From contig CBFDEM010000037.1 of assembly GCA_965603825.1 (NCBI GenBank), positions 519,688 to 583,687 of the forward strand: a stretch of 64,000 nt of DNA, in the 5' to 3' direction. The notes under the pieces are model-generated. The model saw nothing but the letters and a program-made list of their open reading frames with translations. It was not told where the DNA came from and made no database searches. Positions 35,054-47,135 of this stretch are shown here, one piece after another. Origin of the DNA: Blepharisma stoltei ATCC 30299 (taxonomy: Eukaryota > Protista > Ciliophora). Both the position numbers and the translations under genes were made by a program. Positions within the stretch are counted from its first letter, which is position 1, and each line of letters begins with the position of its first letter.

Positions 35054-37600
35054 ATGTTCGAACATGGTATTCTTCGTATTCCAGGCGCCCGGCCTTTCCG
35101 CAGGTCTTCTAAGCATGATATCCAGATGCGAGAACAATCTTGGGACAGCCGATTTCATCTAGATAAACTTCCTGATTATGATGCAAATAAAGATCGGCAC
35201 ATACAAGTTCATTTAGGCGTGACAAAAAGGAAAAAAATTATTGCAGCACCAGGAAAAATAAGGAAAGCTAATGATATTCCGAATAGAGTCCCCAAATCTG
35301 CTTCAAATAAAGGAATTGGGGTAGGCAAACCGCCAGTATTGAAGGGACAGATCTTTAAAAAACTAACTGATAATTTAGTAGAACTGTGGGAAGAAAAAGG
35401 TGTGCCTGAGTACCAGCAAAGATTATTTTTATCAGCTATTGAAAATCTACCAGCAAAACAAAAAGCAAACAAGATGGTTAAAGAAATTGATGAAACAAAT
35501 AGTAATAAAAGCGTCCTTATACACGCAATTAAGACGATAAATGCAAGAGAGCAAGCTTTATTAGAGCTGAAAAAATTGACCCAAAAAGACAGAAACTCGA
35601 TTTCCAGACAAGAATTAGCTGACAAATTGTCAAATTTAAGAACACTTTCGCTGAATGCTGTGGAGCTGATACAAAACTGGAGAGAAAAATTATCAAATTT
35701 AAGCCAGAATATGTCGCTATCAAAAACCCAGTTTCTTATAAATGATGAGAATTATTTGATAAAAATGAAAACTGATACTATTTATCTTGCAGACACAATT
35801 ATTGCTGACTTAATTTACATTTCTAATAAATCAGACCCATTTTTCGTATATGCAAGCTCTGTGAGTTTGGGAAAAATAAAATCTCCAAGAAAATTGGAAC
35901 TTCCAATAGCAAATTCTTTACTTAGTAGGATAAGAAAATGTGAAATGATTCTATTAGAAGAAGGGGTGTCCGCTGCGCCTGTTCGAGAAACTTTATTTGA
36001 CTTACGAAATAAATCTCATGCTTTTAATAATGATCCGCCTCAAGTAAATTCAGACAAAGAAAATGAAGACTCTAAAAGCTCAAGAAGAAGTTCTTCCTGA
36101 GGCCGAAATAAATCCAACAGATCTTTATTCTCAAGAGACAACAGCTGTAATGCATCTCCAGAAGAGTCAAAAATACACATTTTACCACCAGAAACGCCTG
36201 TAAATATAGAGCCACAGCCCTTGGTAACTGAAAGGCTTTTTATTGAGTCTTTATCTGGAAACAACATAGAACAACAAATTGCGGAATATTCTAATAAAGT
36301 CCCTGAAAGCCTAAAAGAAGCATTAGGAAAGCCTGAAAACGCGTATGTCCTTTCCCAAACTTTAAGATTTCCAGCATATCTCTGGATAAGACAGCATCAA
36401 AATATCATAGGGTTTGTGATACTAAATTTAGAAAACCAAAAATCAGTACAAAAAAGGCTTATGATTTCACACATCTCAGCAGAATCTCTGCAAGCTTTTG
36501 GGGAAATTTTAAATATGATGGTAGGGTATATTTGGGAAAACTACCCATGCATTGAAATTAGAAGTGGGATAATTTCAAAAGTCAATGAACAAGGGAAATA
36601 TGAGGCTGATAAGTCAATTAAGGAGCATTTTGATAAATTGGGGTTTAGGTGGAAACAAATGATTTATACTGGAGATAAAACCCCACTGCAGTTGCTAGGG
36701 CTAAGAAGACCTGAAACTGCTCCATGCGATGAAAATTTGCCAGCAAAGCAGCTTTTTGGAGACTCTATAGAGCTTGCATATGGCTGTGCTGCACAAATTT
36801 CAAACAATTCCAGGACAATTCCTACCCATAGTCCTTATTTCAGCTTAATCGGGATTTCTTGCGCACTTCGTGCGCTAGGTCAATTTTCATCAGAATCTGA
36901 CCTTGGCCACAAAGTCCAAGACCTAATCGGGAAAATGCAAGCATCATGGGTGCCTCCTGCTTTCAGATTTCGCAAAGAAAAATATGACGGCGCCTTAAAC
37001 GACCTCCGATCTATAGGACTTACCTTATCAGATTTCAAAGACGACTCAGAAACCTCCGTTTCATGTTCAGCATTAGGCCTTTCCTGGTCCAAATCTATGA
37101 CAACAATAATTAATGGGATTTCATATACCCGCATCTATCAAACCCAAATAAATATTATGAAATCTGATGATTTATTAGCATATATAGTACCCACAGAAGA
37201 CCCAAATTTTAGTGCATTTTTTATCCCTTGTTCAGAAAGTAACGGATCTATGGCTTTTAATTACGCAAAAGAAGTTTTGTCACGGATAACCAAAGTGGAG
37301 GACGTTAAAGAAGAAATATGGATTCCTGCGTTTTCTATTGTGGATGAAAATAAGCTTGGCGAGCTCATCAACTCAAAAGTGGCTGATTTTTCCATATCTT
37401 CCTGCAGTGAAATTGTAAATTTGAAGTTTTTAGCCCCTCTGCATCCTCAAGGATCTATTATTATCCATCCAGATCCAAATGCTTTAGTATTAGAAGACAG
37501 TTTTATTTTTGGAATCATGCATAGCAAAATTGATGAAATGCTCGAAGTTCCATTCTTCGTCACTTTTGTAAGCCGAAGCGACTTTTCTAAAGCATTTTAA
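35054..37600 (+). CDS. 848-aa multidomain protein (helical region, GNAT-like, serpin-like C-terminus)
   Basis: ORFs joined in frame through TGA at 36098; domain calls are pattern-based only. Confidence 0.75.
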
Positions 37601-37611
37601 CATATTAATTA

Positions 37612-37989
37612 TTAATTGATGAAATTTCCTAAAACTCCGCCTAATGTCACTTGCCTCTTTTTTGGCGAAAAATTAGTAAATAATTTTTCTTTCTTATGGG
37701 GAGATTTTGAAAAAAATTTTTGGTTTGTTGTAATGAATTCGCCTATTTGAGGAAGCGTGGTTCTTGTGATTGAAGAACTTCTGTGCTTTTTTAAGTAATT
37801 TATGCTGGATTCGTCATATCTTCATCCGTTTTCTTCTCATCTGTTAGGGACAATTGTTTTAAATTCATTCGTAATGCTATTGGAGTTATTGTATCTTGTA
37901 ATTTCTATCGATCTTCTAAGCTTATGAGGGGGAATTGTTTCTTTTGCCCAAGTCCAGCCATTAGGAGACCATACAGAAGGTGTATACAT
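37612..37989 (-). CDS. Hypothetical 125-aa protein, missed by the ORF track
   Basis: MYTPSVWSPNGWTWAKE..PNRW(TGA)EENGW(TGA)RYD..GGVLGNFIN-TAA; fills the gap between two genes almost exactly. Confidence 0.7.
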
Positions 37990-37996
37990 ATTTAAA

Positions 37997-39748
37997 ATGG
38001 ATGGAAATTCCTATTTTTTGATATTGTTTTCCCTTACTTTTTTATATGGATTTTCACTAGCTTATGCAATGACGAGGATTTACAAGCTACACAAATTTTG
38101 TTCAGATTGGAGATATACGAAGTTATTTTATGTTTCTATTGCTGTACAAGTTCTGATTAGATTATGCACTTTTGCGTTTATGACTTGGGCTTTACCAGGA
38201 AGTATTGAAGGAAAAAAGGTGTTTTTTCTATTAATTTCGATACCTGATGCGGTGTTTTTAGTGAGTTATTTTTTATTATTCTTACAAATGATTAGGGTGT
38301 TTTATTTCAGCCATATGGAAAATGATTTGCAGATGAGCCTATTAGTACATTTCACCAAGCCAAGGCATTTCAGTGCTACAAAAATATTAGGAGTTTTAAC
38401 AATAATTTGGCTATTAGTAGAATCAGGACTATATGTACTGTATTTTAAAGGGATAGTAAGAAATGAAGATATTCAATTCGAGCTGAGCTCAGTCAATTTA
38501 CTATGTTCAATGTTTGTTTTTATTTTTTTGATATTTTTACATATAAATTACTCCTCAACTCCTTTTAAATCAAATACGGCTCGTGATAAGCTGCAAAGGA
38601 TTACTTCAATTATGTTTTTATGGACAATTGCTAGATACATAAAAGGGTTTTATGAAATTTTTGTAACAATTGAGCCTAATATTTTTATCAGAAATATTCA
38701 TGAAATTGAAAAAGCGACACTTATACAAGCATGCTCACTAGTGTGTATGCTGATTTTGTGTGAGATTATTTGTTATATTACGGTGCTGGACTATTCGTTT
38801 ATGGCAATATTTTTATTTCCAGATGATGAAGTAATTCAGCATGCTGGACTTTTTGATCACCATGGGAATGTGATAACTGAAGAAGATGAAGAAAGATCTT
38901 TATATCAGCCAAGAAGAAGTATAAGTGAAACTCCTAACCTTTTAATGGACTTTAATGATATCACAATTATATCATCCCTTGCAAATAAAAGCCAAGGCTT
39001 AGGCGAACTCTTCAAAGCTACATATAAAGGAAAAGATATTTTATATCGAAAAATAGAATTTCCCAGAATGAGTGGCTCAGTGCTAGAAGAAATAAATGCT
39101 GATATCGCCGCTATGAAAGCATTAGATAACTCCATTTTAGTCCCATTCTACGGTGCTTGTTTTACTCTCCCAGCAATAGGAATCTCCACTCTTTATATGA
39201 AAGGTGGCTCTCTATTCTCATATTTACATGAATCTGCCCGGATTCTTGATATAAAAGAAAAAATAAAGCTCATATCAATCATCGCAAGAGGACTGAGGGA
39301 CCTTCACTCACAAAATAAAATCCATGGCCATTTATCCTCACACAACATTTTACTTGACGAACAAAATGAGCCAAAAATCGCCGATTTAGGACTAGAAAAA
39401 GTAAAAAAATACGCTGGAGCTGTCTTAGGATATGAAAATAAAAACGCATGAAGCAGCCCACAGATATTTAGGGAGCCTTATAAAACAATAATAAAAGCAC
39501 AAAGTACAGATGATGTGTATAGCTTTGGGGTCATTATATGGGAAATTATGACCCAGCAGATACCTCATGATGGAAAAACATTAAAAATTTTACAACAAAG
39601 TGTAGGATTAGAAGGAAATATTCTTCCTATACCAAATAATTTGCAGCCTGAAATAGTAAGACTATTAAGAGGATGCTGGGAATTTGAGCCTGAAAAAAGA
39701 CCTGATTTTAGACATATATCAGTGACACTTTCAGGGCTATTAGTTTAA
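37997..39748 (+). CDS. Multi-pass (about 7 TM) protein fused to a TKL-like, probably inactive, kinase domain (583 aa)
   Basis: Hydrophobic helices over the first ~270 aa; YMKGGSLFSYLH, IHGHLSSHNILL, KIADLGL, NAW(TGA)SSPQ, DVYSFGVIIWEI, CWEFEPEKRPDF. Confidence 0.88.
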
Positions 39749-39759
39749 TTGTGAAATAA

Positions 39760-40505
39760 TTATAAAATTTGAAAAGAATTTAATAAATTTGTATATGTGT
39801 CTTGTATGCAAGACTGGTAGTATTGGGTTAGCTCTAGGTCATGAAAAGTGTATGATAAACTGTCATTTTGTACCAAAATTTTTAAAAGAGCTATAATTCT
39901 TGGTGACATAAAAGTATAAACGTGCTCATTTTCAAATCGAGCTTGGAATGGATATTCTTTAAGTACTTGTATGGACTGATGAAATAGGATTATTATTAAA
40001 ATTTCTAGCTTAAAAACTTGAGATTTGTCAATATTTCTAGTTATTTCTTGGTAAGAAGTTCATGGAGACGTTGGAGATACTGTTAATTTTGTAATATAAA
40101 AAAGATGTGACAGAATTTGTGGAATTTTTGAGTTGTCCATAATTTCTTCATTTTGGGAATTTGTCTTGAATGCTGAATTAATAGGTTTTTATCATGATTA
40201 TCCAAAATTTTAAATTCTTGATCTTTATACATGCAGAGCATAAGCCTAACTGTATGATTTCCTACTCTATTAGACAGTCTATTAAGTTTGGATCATTCAT
40301 TTGGTATAATATTCATTATTTCTCCTCAGCAGTTTTCTTGTATTACGTGATTACATTCATTTTTTCATCTTCTATATGCACTTTTTAGCTCTTGAGAGTC
40401 TCTGCTTGATATTTGAAAGTCTGCATTTAAGACTCTGCTGAAATTTTCCAGTGTATTTGTAAGTAATGGGAAAAGATGTACAAATTCATTTGAAGTTTGG
40501 GCCAT
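39760..40505 (-). pseudogene. Hypothetical gene with a one-base frameshift near 40186
   Basis: aaaATG GCC.. open with three TGA codons; a second frame is open from about 40185 to TAA at 39760; span 746 nt (3n+2). Confidence 0.45.
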
Positions 40506-41011
40506 TTTTAAATATATATTACAATTAGCTATAGCAACTATTCTGTTTTCAGCAATATAATTTATCCATAAATTTATAGCTTTATTCTCAATAGTTCTAT
40601 TAAAATCTAACAAAAAAAAATTTAGAGGAAAAAATATTGCCCTCGTTTTAAAATTTTTAAAATTCAAGATTAGCATTAATAGCTACACAAGATTTCGTCA
40701 CAAATTTCCCTATTTATATTGCTCATTTATTATATATTTTCAATTAAAATTTAAAGCTCCATTGAAAAAAATTTAAATCATGAATAATGCCACCAGAATG
40801 AAGAGTCGGAGCATTTTATTTCTTAAAATACTCTGGGTTGAGAATTTATCTCTAATTAAAATTATAAGCCTCTTTCATTTTCACAATATGCAATACAAAT
40901 AATAAAAATTAATTTTTATTAATTAAGATTTAATCAAACTAAATATTCATTTTCTTCAATTTTAAGGTTATTTTCTTATATTAACCATTTTTCATATACC
41001 TCAGAGTAAAA

Positions 41012-42079
41012 ATGAACCAAATTTCCTCTGACAAAACCCCAGTGAATTTCTTCGGTCTTCGATCGCTTATTAATAGTCGCTATACAAATTTTCAAAAAAT
41101 CTCTTGTACATACTACGGTGGCGTTATTTCAGCCTACGACCAAATTTTAAAGCGAAATGTTCATATTCGCATTATCGAAAATGCTACTAATTGTAATGAC
41201 TCTATCAAAGGAGACTTAAATGAAATTTCCTTACTCAAGCATTATCAGCATGAAAATATCCTGCAGCTTTATGATATTGAATTTTACAAGCAAAACAAAG
41301 AAATAACAATGTATATAATTACTGAGCCAATGGATACTAATTTAGAAAGCATCATTAGGTCACCACAGGTAATAACTAACGACCATATCCAATTTATTAT
41401 TTATCAGGCTATCAGAGCACTTTTTTATATTCATTCATCAGGAGTTATTGTAGGAAACTTATGCCCGCGAGTTATAGAAATTAATGCTAATTGTGAAGTA
41501 AAAATTTGCAATTTTAGGCTTGCTTTTGGAAATAACAAAATATTTTGAGCAGAAAATCATGTTTATAGAGTAAATAAATTATTTTTGGCTCCTGAGTATT
41601 TTTGTGGGGCGAATTATATTACAACAAAATCTGATATTTGAAGTATTGGATGTATAATGGCAACTCTCTTAAGAAGGCAGCCATTATTTGACTCAGAAAG
41701 CTATTTGAGGCTGATTGCTTCTATATTAGAAGTGTTAGGATCTCAAGAAGAGGATGATTTCTTTTTTCTTAGCAATCAAGCAAATGAGTATATTAAAAAT
41801 TTGCCTAAAACTAAAAAAATCCTGTGGAATGAAATTTTCCAAGGGGCTGATCCAGCAGCTCTGAATTTTTTAGATAAAATGTTGGTTTTTAATCCTTTGA
41901 AAAGATGATGTGCAGAAAAATTATTAAAGCATAAGTATTTAGAAACGCTTTATGATCCAGAATATGATGATATTGCAGCCAAATCTTTTTTGTTTGATTA
42001 TCATGAAGAGACAGATAGAAAAAATTTGAAGAAAAAATTGTATAGATTAATTGAAAATCATTGCATTTGAGTAAATTAA
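41012..42079 (+). CDS. MAPK-like pseudokinase (355 aa)
   Basis: EISLLKHYQHENIL, ITEPMDTNL, DHIQFIIYQ, IHSSGVIVGNLCP, KICNFR, APE, DIW(TGA)SIGCI, DKMLVFNPLKRW. Confidence 0.87.
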
Positions 42080-42788
42080 GAAAAGCATAAATAGGTTAAA
42101 AATTCAAGTTTTATAAATTTTCCAGTGGTTTAGATAAATTTATTAAATAATATAGAGATCAGCTTTCTCTATCATTTATTTTATCCCAACCAGAAAGGTA
42201 TTTTATACATATTTTCTTATTAAATTAAAAAATGCTGATTCTGATCTGATTTTTTATTATATGAATTAATGAATGTTAAATAGATGAAAAATTCAGAAAT
42301 CTTTGGTTGGCAAAGCTTGCTGGCTATTCAAATTAAAATAAGCATGTAATAATCTATTCTAGTCTATTGCTTAGACAAAGACTGATCGGACTCTAGCTAC
42401 AACAGTGGAAAGATCTGAAAATTATTCTTTTATTCCGTTTTTTATAATTTTCTATGAGTTTTAATATTATTTTTAATACTCCTGGTCTTCAAGCTTCTAT
42501 TTATATTTTACAATTTTTTAAAAAAAGTTAATTCAGAATGCGTTAAATTTATAAATTTAAACTAAAATCCCTCCTTTAACACCTCTCGAAGATATTTTAA
42601 ATATAATATCAACATAAAAAAAAATGATATTTACTTATAAATGATATCTAATAGACATTTAAATTTTAAATTTTGTAAAAAATGACTTTCATCAGAAAAC
42701 ATGGTATTTGAGAAACAACAGTAAATTATTGTCATATTATAAAATAAGTATAAAGATTATTTATCACGAGTATTTTAAATCAAACTTA

Positions 42789-43295
42789 CTACATTATATC
42801 AGAACTAATGATATCGGACACCCTAGGCAGCTTAATTTCTTCCTCTACTTGCATTTGTAATAAAGGTAGACTAATGTAAGATATATTAGAAGCTATTTTA
42901 ATTTTCTCAGCGCTACTTTTTATTTCTTGGAAATTGCATGGCTCTTTATCTTTTTCAAAATTTGGCTCTAAAGCCTTTTTCTGTAATTTACTCTTATGGA
43001 GCGGCTTTGCATGGTCCCGCTTGTGCAGAGACAGCTGACTAATTTGTCGAAAAGAAATTAGGCACATATCACATATATAAGGTCTTTCCCCTGTATGGAT
43101 AAAAACATGCTCATCCAAATTTTGTTTACTGGAAAATGATTTGAAGCAATAATTGCATTTAAATTTTTTTGATTTATAATGCACTGATGTCACATGCCGT
43201 TTAAGATTGAACTTGGTAATAAAAGATTTTCCACAGTCGTTTTCCATACAGCAGTAAAGAGTTAATTGGTTAGAGGTTGGCTTAGGTGTTTTCAT
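42789..43295 (-). CDS. C2H2 zinc-finger protein (3 fingers)
   Basis: Three CxxC..HxxxH fingers with an HTGERPY linker. Confidence 0.93.
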   Translation of the reverse strand: MKTPKPTSNQLTLYCCMENDCGKSFITKFNLKRHVTSVHYKSKKFKCNYCFKSFSSKQNLDEHVFIHTGERPYICDMCLISFRQISQLSLHKRDHAKPLHKSKLQKKALEPNFEKDKEPCNFQEIKSSAEKIKIASNISYISLPLLQMQVEEEIKLPRVSDIISSDIM

Positions 43296-44570
43296 ATTTA
43301 TAATTGGTAAATTTAAAAAAAAAGTCCATAGTTATAGTAATGTTTTTATTTATAATTGACTATTATAAGTAAATAAGTTGATCTAAAAAGATTGGATATT
43401 CTTCATACAGTTGAATCCTTGGGATTAAACCAGAAGGAAGTAAAGTTTCATATTAATAATTAAATAAGTTTCTGTGACAGTTATTTATTTTTAAATAATA
43501 AGTCTGTGTGAACATTTGGTGACTGTTTTTGGAAAATGCTTTACTTATCAAATAATTATTTAGTGAATAAACAGTATGGTGTCAATTATCAGAAATTTAT
43601 TATGAGAAGAATTAAGATGGAAATTTTTAATGGCTAATTGAAACTATTTAATAATTTTAAATTTTCTTAAGATTTATGAGGTCTTTGAGATAGGAATATC
43701 AACAGAAGGCACTGATCTGTAATAATCATGCAGAAATCTTCATTTTTTTAGGCTTGAAAAAATAATAGTCTAAATAAAGGATTTCAATTAATTCGGGATT
43801 ATCTGACATACTAATTATTGGAAAAGAATCATTATTTTTGAAAAATCATTTGATAATTTGGATTTTCAGAATATCCAAAAAAATTTTCATATTTTCTAGA
43901 GGTTACGTAAATGAACAGTGAAATCTTTAGAGTGATTCATATTTTAGCAAACAACAAAACTCTAATAAAATAAATTCGTGGAAACAAAATTGTTAATTAT
44001 AGCCTATTTTTTACCGATTTTTAAGTGACTTTCAATTAAAAAATTCATGAAGCAATAATTTAATTTGGTTAATAATTAATTTGTTTAAACGGCTTATTTA
44101 TAAGTGAGAAAGCCTCTTGATATAATTTTTGCAATTAAAATAAAGAATTTTTAATTTTAAAAGAAATAATTTTTTTACATTTTTAACATAATCTAATTTG
44201 TATTTGATCTTATGAGCCTTAAGAATATGCAACTAAAATAATCATTTCTCAAATCGCATTCAGCAAAGTGAAAACATTTCTAAGAGTCATGCAATAAAAA
44301 ATTAAAACTATTTACTTGAAAATGTTTTTTAGCAAAATTAAAAATTTAATAAAATGAAATTTTAATAACCCAATAGAAAAGACTAAAGAATTTTTAATTG
44401 ATTAATTTTTGAATCCATCAAGGCAGAGCATCTTTAGCATTTAAAAGAATTAAAATCCATGGCTCTTTATTATCTAAAATTAACATATAAATATCTCTTA
44501 ATACCTTCACTAATAAAACTCTTTTTAATTTTCTCTATCCTTCCATAATCCTTTTTTACTTATTTTGTAT

Positions 44571-44975
44571 TTATTGATAATAGCTAAACTCTGTGATCAT
44601 TTCCCCCTTCATTCTCTTTATATTAACCCTAAACTTTTCATAGCAATTTGTTACCCCAGTTTCTATATCCATAATATCCTCCCCTTCATCAAGCCCTTCC
44701 GACATTCTCCCAGTCCTTTCTACACATCTATGAAAGTTATCTTGTGCCTCTTTTTGCTTTTTCTCAATCAATTGTTTTACATTAGAAATCCCTTCCATGC
44801 ACCCTTTTTCACATCGAAATGATTCTGGCATCAATTTTTCTATGAAGCATTTCCTCGCACACCTAGCTGCTTTGAATTTTAATTGGATAAATTCAGATTG
44901 GAGGACTAAAAAAAGATCACTGCAGTCAGCTTCGACTTTTTGATTGAGTGTTTCCACATAGTTCAAATTTACCAT
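44571..44975 (-). CDS. FAM136A/DUF842-like small helical protein
   Basis: 134 aa with CARKC, CEKGC, FHRC and NCY cysteine spacing. Confidence 0.6.
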   Translation of the reverse strand: MVNLNYVETLNQKVEADCSDLFLVLQSEFIQLKFKAARCARKCFIEKLMPESFRCEKGCMEGISNVKQLIEKKQKEAQDNFHRCVERTGRMSEGLDEGEDIMDIETGVTNCYEKFRVNIKRMKGEMITEFSYYQ

Positions 44976-44978
44976 ATT

Positions 44979-45467
44979 ATGGGAAATTGCTGTGCGTCAA
45001 GAAAAAGAGAAGAAGCTCCTTGCCAGTCTGATAATGAAGATAATGATAATAATGTCAATATAAGTGACATAGAAATATGCAAAGAAAAAATTCAGATGTC
45101 GTTAAGAGTGATTGAGAAAAACCTGGGAAAAAGCGAAGAAATGAAAATAAAAGAAGTTGAAATGTATATAGAAGAAGGGAAAAATTTATTGTTTGAGATT
45201 GAAAAAAGCGTTAATATGTTTGAGCATGCACAAATGGTAATTGATATTGGGAAATTGTGTGAGAAATACAAAGATTTTGTGGATAAAGGAATAAGAATAA
45301 AAAAATTAACACAGAAATTAAGGAGATCTGATTATGTGAGAAATGAAAAATGCATGCCACAGTTGGATCAAAAAGTAATCAAATGTTTTAGCCCAAAAAT
45401 AAGCAATATTCAAGCTTCAAATAAAGTCGTTATAAAGAAAGAAGATCTTGTTATTGTTTTTGTGTAA
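44979..45467 (+). CDS. Hypothetical protein with MGNCC acylation motif (162 aa)
   Basis: ATG 44979 gives MGNCCAS; the track's upstream TTG start lies inside the opposite gene. Confidence 0.7.
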   Translation: MGNCCASRKREEAPCQSDNEDNDNNVNISDIEICKEKIQMSLRVIEKNLGKSEEMKIKEVEMYIEEGKNLLFEIEKSVNMFEHAQMVIDIGKLCEKYKDFVDKGIRIKKLTQKLRRSDYVRNEKCMPQLDQKVIKCFSPKISNIQASNKVVIKKEDLVIVFV

Positions 45468-45754
45468 TATTTTATCGCTCTTAATTCATCAGTCTATTTC
45501 TTTTCTAGTTTAAAACTTACCAATCACATATGAAGGTGGCAACAAAAATGAATTTGATTAAAAATTAATTTTTTTAACAAAACCATTATAATTCATCCAT
45601 ATATGTTGTAAAAGCTGCCGTTTAAAATCGTTTTTACTTTAGTTATTATACACAACAGCTGGCTAGTCTAAGCCAAATTATAATTAATTAAATTTATAAT
45701 TGAAAATATTATTAAAACCTCAAAGAATTTCTCTTGGAGACTAAATCCATTATA

Positions 45755-47107
45755 ATGTATATTTTGCTAAATTTACTTTTAGCAGTTTTCCTCAAACAAG
45801 CTACCACAGAATCCATTCCCAGCTTACAAACAGGTAAAAGTCTTTCCGTTACTCAAGAATCTGAATGATCTTATTTTCAATTAATTTTAAACTCCCCATC
45901 AAAAGTGTATATACGAGTTTCCCTTAAAATATTACAAAAACCTGACACTTCAGAGCCAGTTTTATCAATAGGCCATGATCTGCCTTCTTTTTCTTCTGGC
46001 GGATTATCAGTAAATGCTGATATGATTGATTATGATGGATGGTTTACCCAGTGTGGTTACCATTCCTTAATATTCCAAAGTTCCTCAATATCAAGTTCTT
46101 CTGTCACTTATATAGGAATCAGCAATTATAACTATGAAAAAGGACAAATTTCATACAAAATCTCCATAGAAGAAGATGACTATATTCTTTGTCCACAGGA
46201 CTGTAATTCAAGAGGGGTTTGTGTGTCTCTTAATGTATGTGAATGCCAAAATGGGTACATTGGAGTTGGCTGTGAAAGCCAAGCTACTGAAATTACACAA
46301 AATAATTTATATTCGCTGAATGCGCCCTGCCAAGGAGTAAATTATGCTTATATAAATCGCCAGAAGGTATCAGACGATGCATTAAAATTTTATTTTGGGT
46401 GGACAAAGTACTCAGGCAGACTGTTTTGGGATTATAAAGGAAGAGGAGTTGCTGAGCTGCCGTCACCTAGAAATTATTTTTATCAAGTTTTACTGCCTGA
46501 CTATAATTACAGCTTAAAGGTGGATCTCGACGTAAAAATGATGTCAAATATGATTTATATGGCACTTTATAATGACTTGAACTGCACAAGTGAAAATTTT
46601 AATTTGTATGTAAAATTGTCTGGGAGCTCATTAGAAGAAAATGATATCCTGGTTTATGTTTTACCAACACTGGGTGTATTATTATTCATTATTGTAGTTA
46701 TATTAGGTGTTATGTATTATAAACATCGACGCCATAGAAAAAGAAGTATTGGGCTTTCTTTAACGAAGATAAATGAAAAATTCCCATTAGTCCAGTATTC
46801 AGAAGTTTCTAGCAAAACTTCAGACAAAAATTGTGCCATTTGTCTTGATGAATTTTTAGAGAATTCTCTTGTAAGAAAATTATACTGCAATCATATATTC
46901 CATGATCATTGCATAAAGCGCTGGCTTAAAATGAGCAAAGTAATTACCATTTAGATTTGCTACATCTGCAAACAAGACTGTGCAGGGTCTCCTGAAGAGC
47001 TTCTTGACGTAACTCAAGAAAAAGAAATTTATGCGCGTCCTAATACAGTCAGAACTTATCGAGATGAAGCAGCCCAGCCAGTTGAAATCCTGAGCCCAGA
47101 TGCATAA
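45755..47107 (+). CDS. Signal peptide + EGF + TM + RING-H2 E3 ligase
   Basis: MYILLNLLLAVFL signal; CPQDCNSRGVC..CECQNGYIGVGC; TM helix; CAICLDEF..CNHIFHDHCIKRW completed by CYIC after intron removal. Confidence 0.9.
46940..46954 (+). other. 15-nt spliceosomal intron
   Basis: GTAATTACCATTTAG; removal deletes an in-frame TAG and restores the last RING CxxC. Confidence 0.92.
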
Positions 47108-47135
47108 ACTTATAAAAATTCATTAAATTAATAAA

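Noticed and set aside
37842-37849. Single internal TGTTAGGG unit
   Set aside because: One 8-mer inside a coding frame is compatible with chance.
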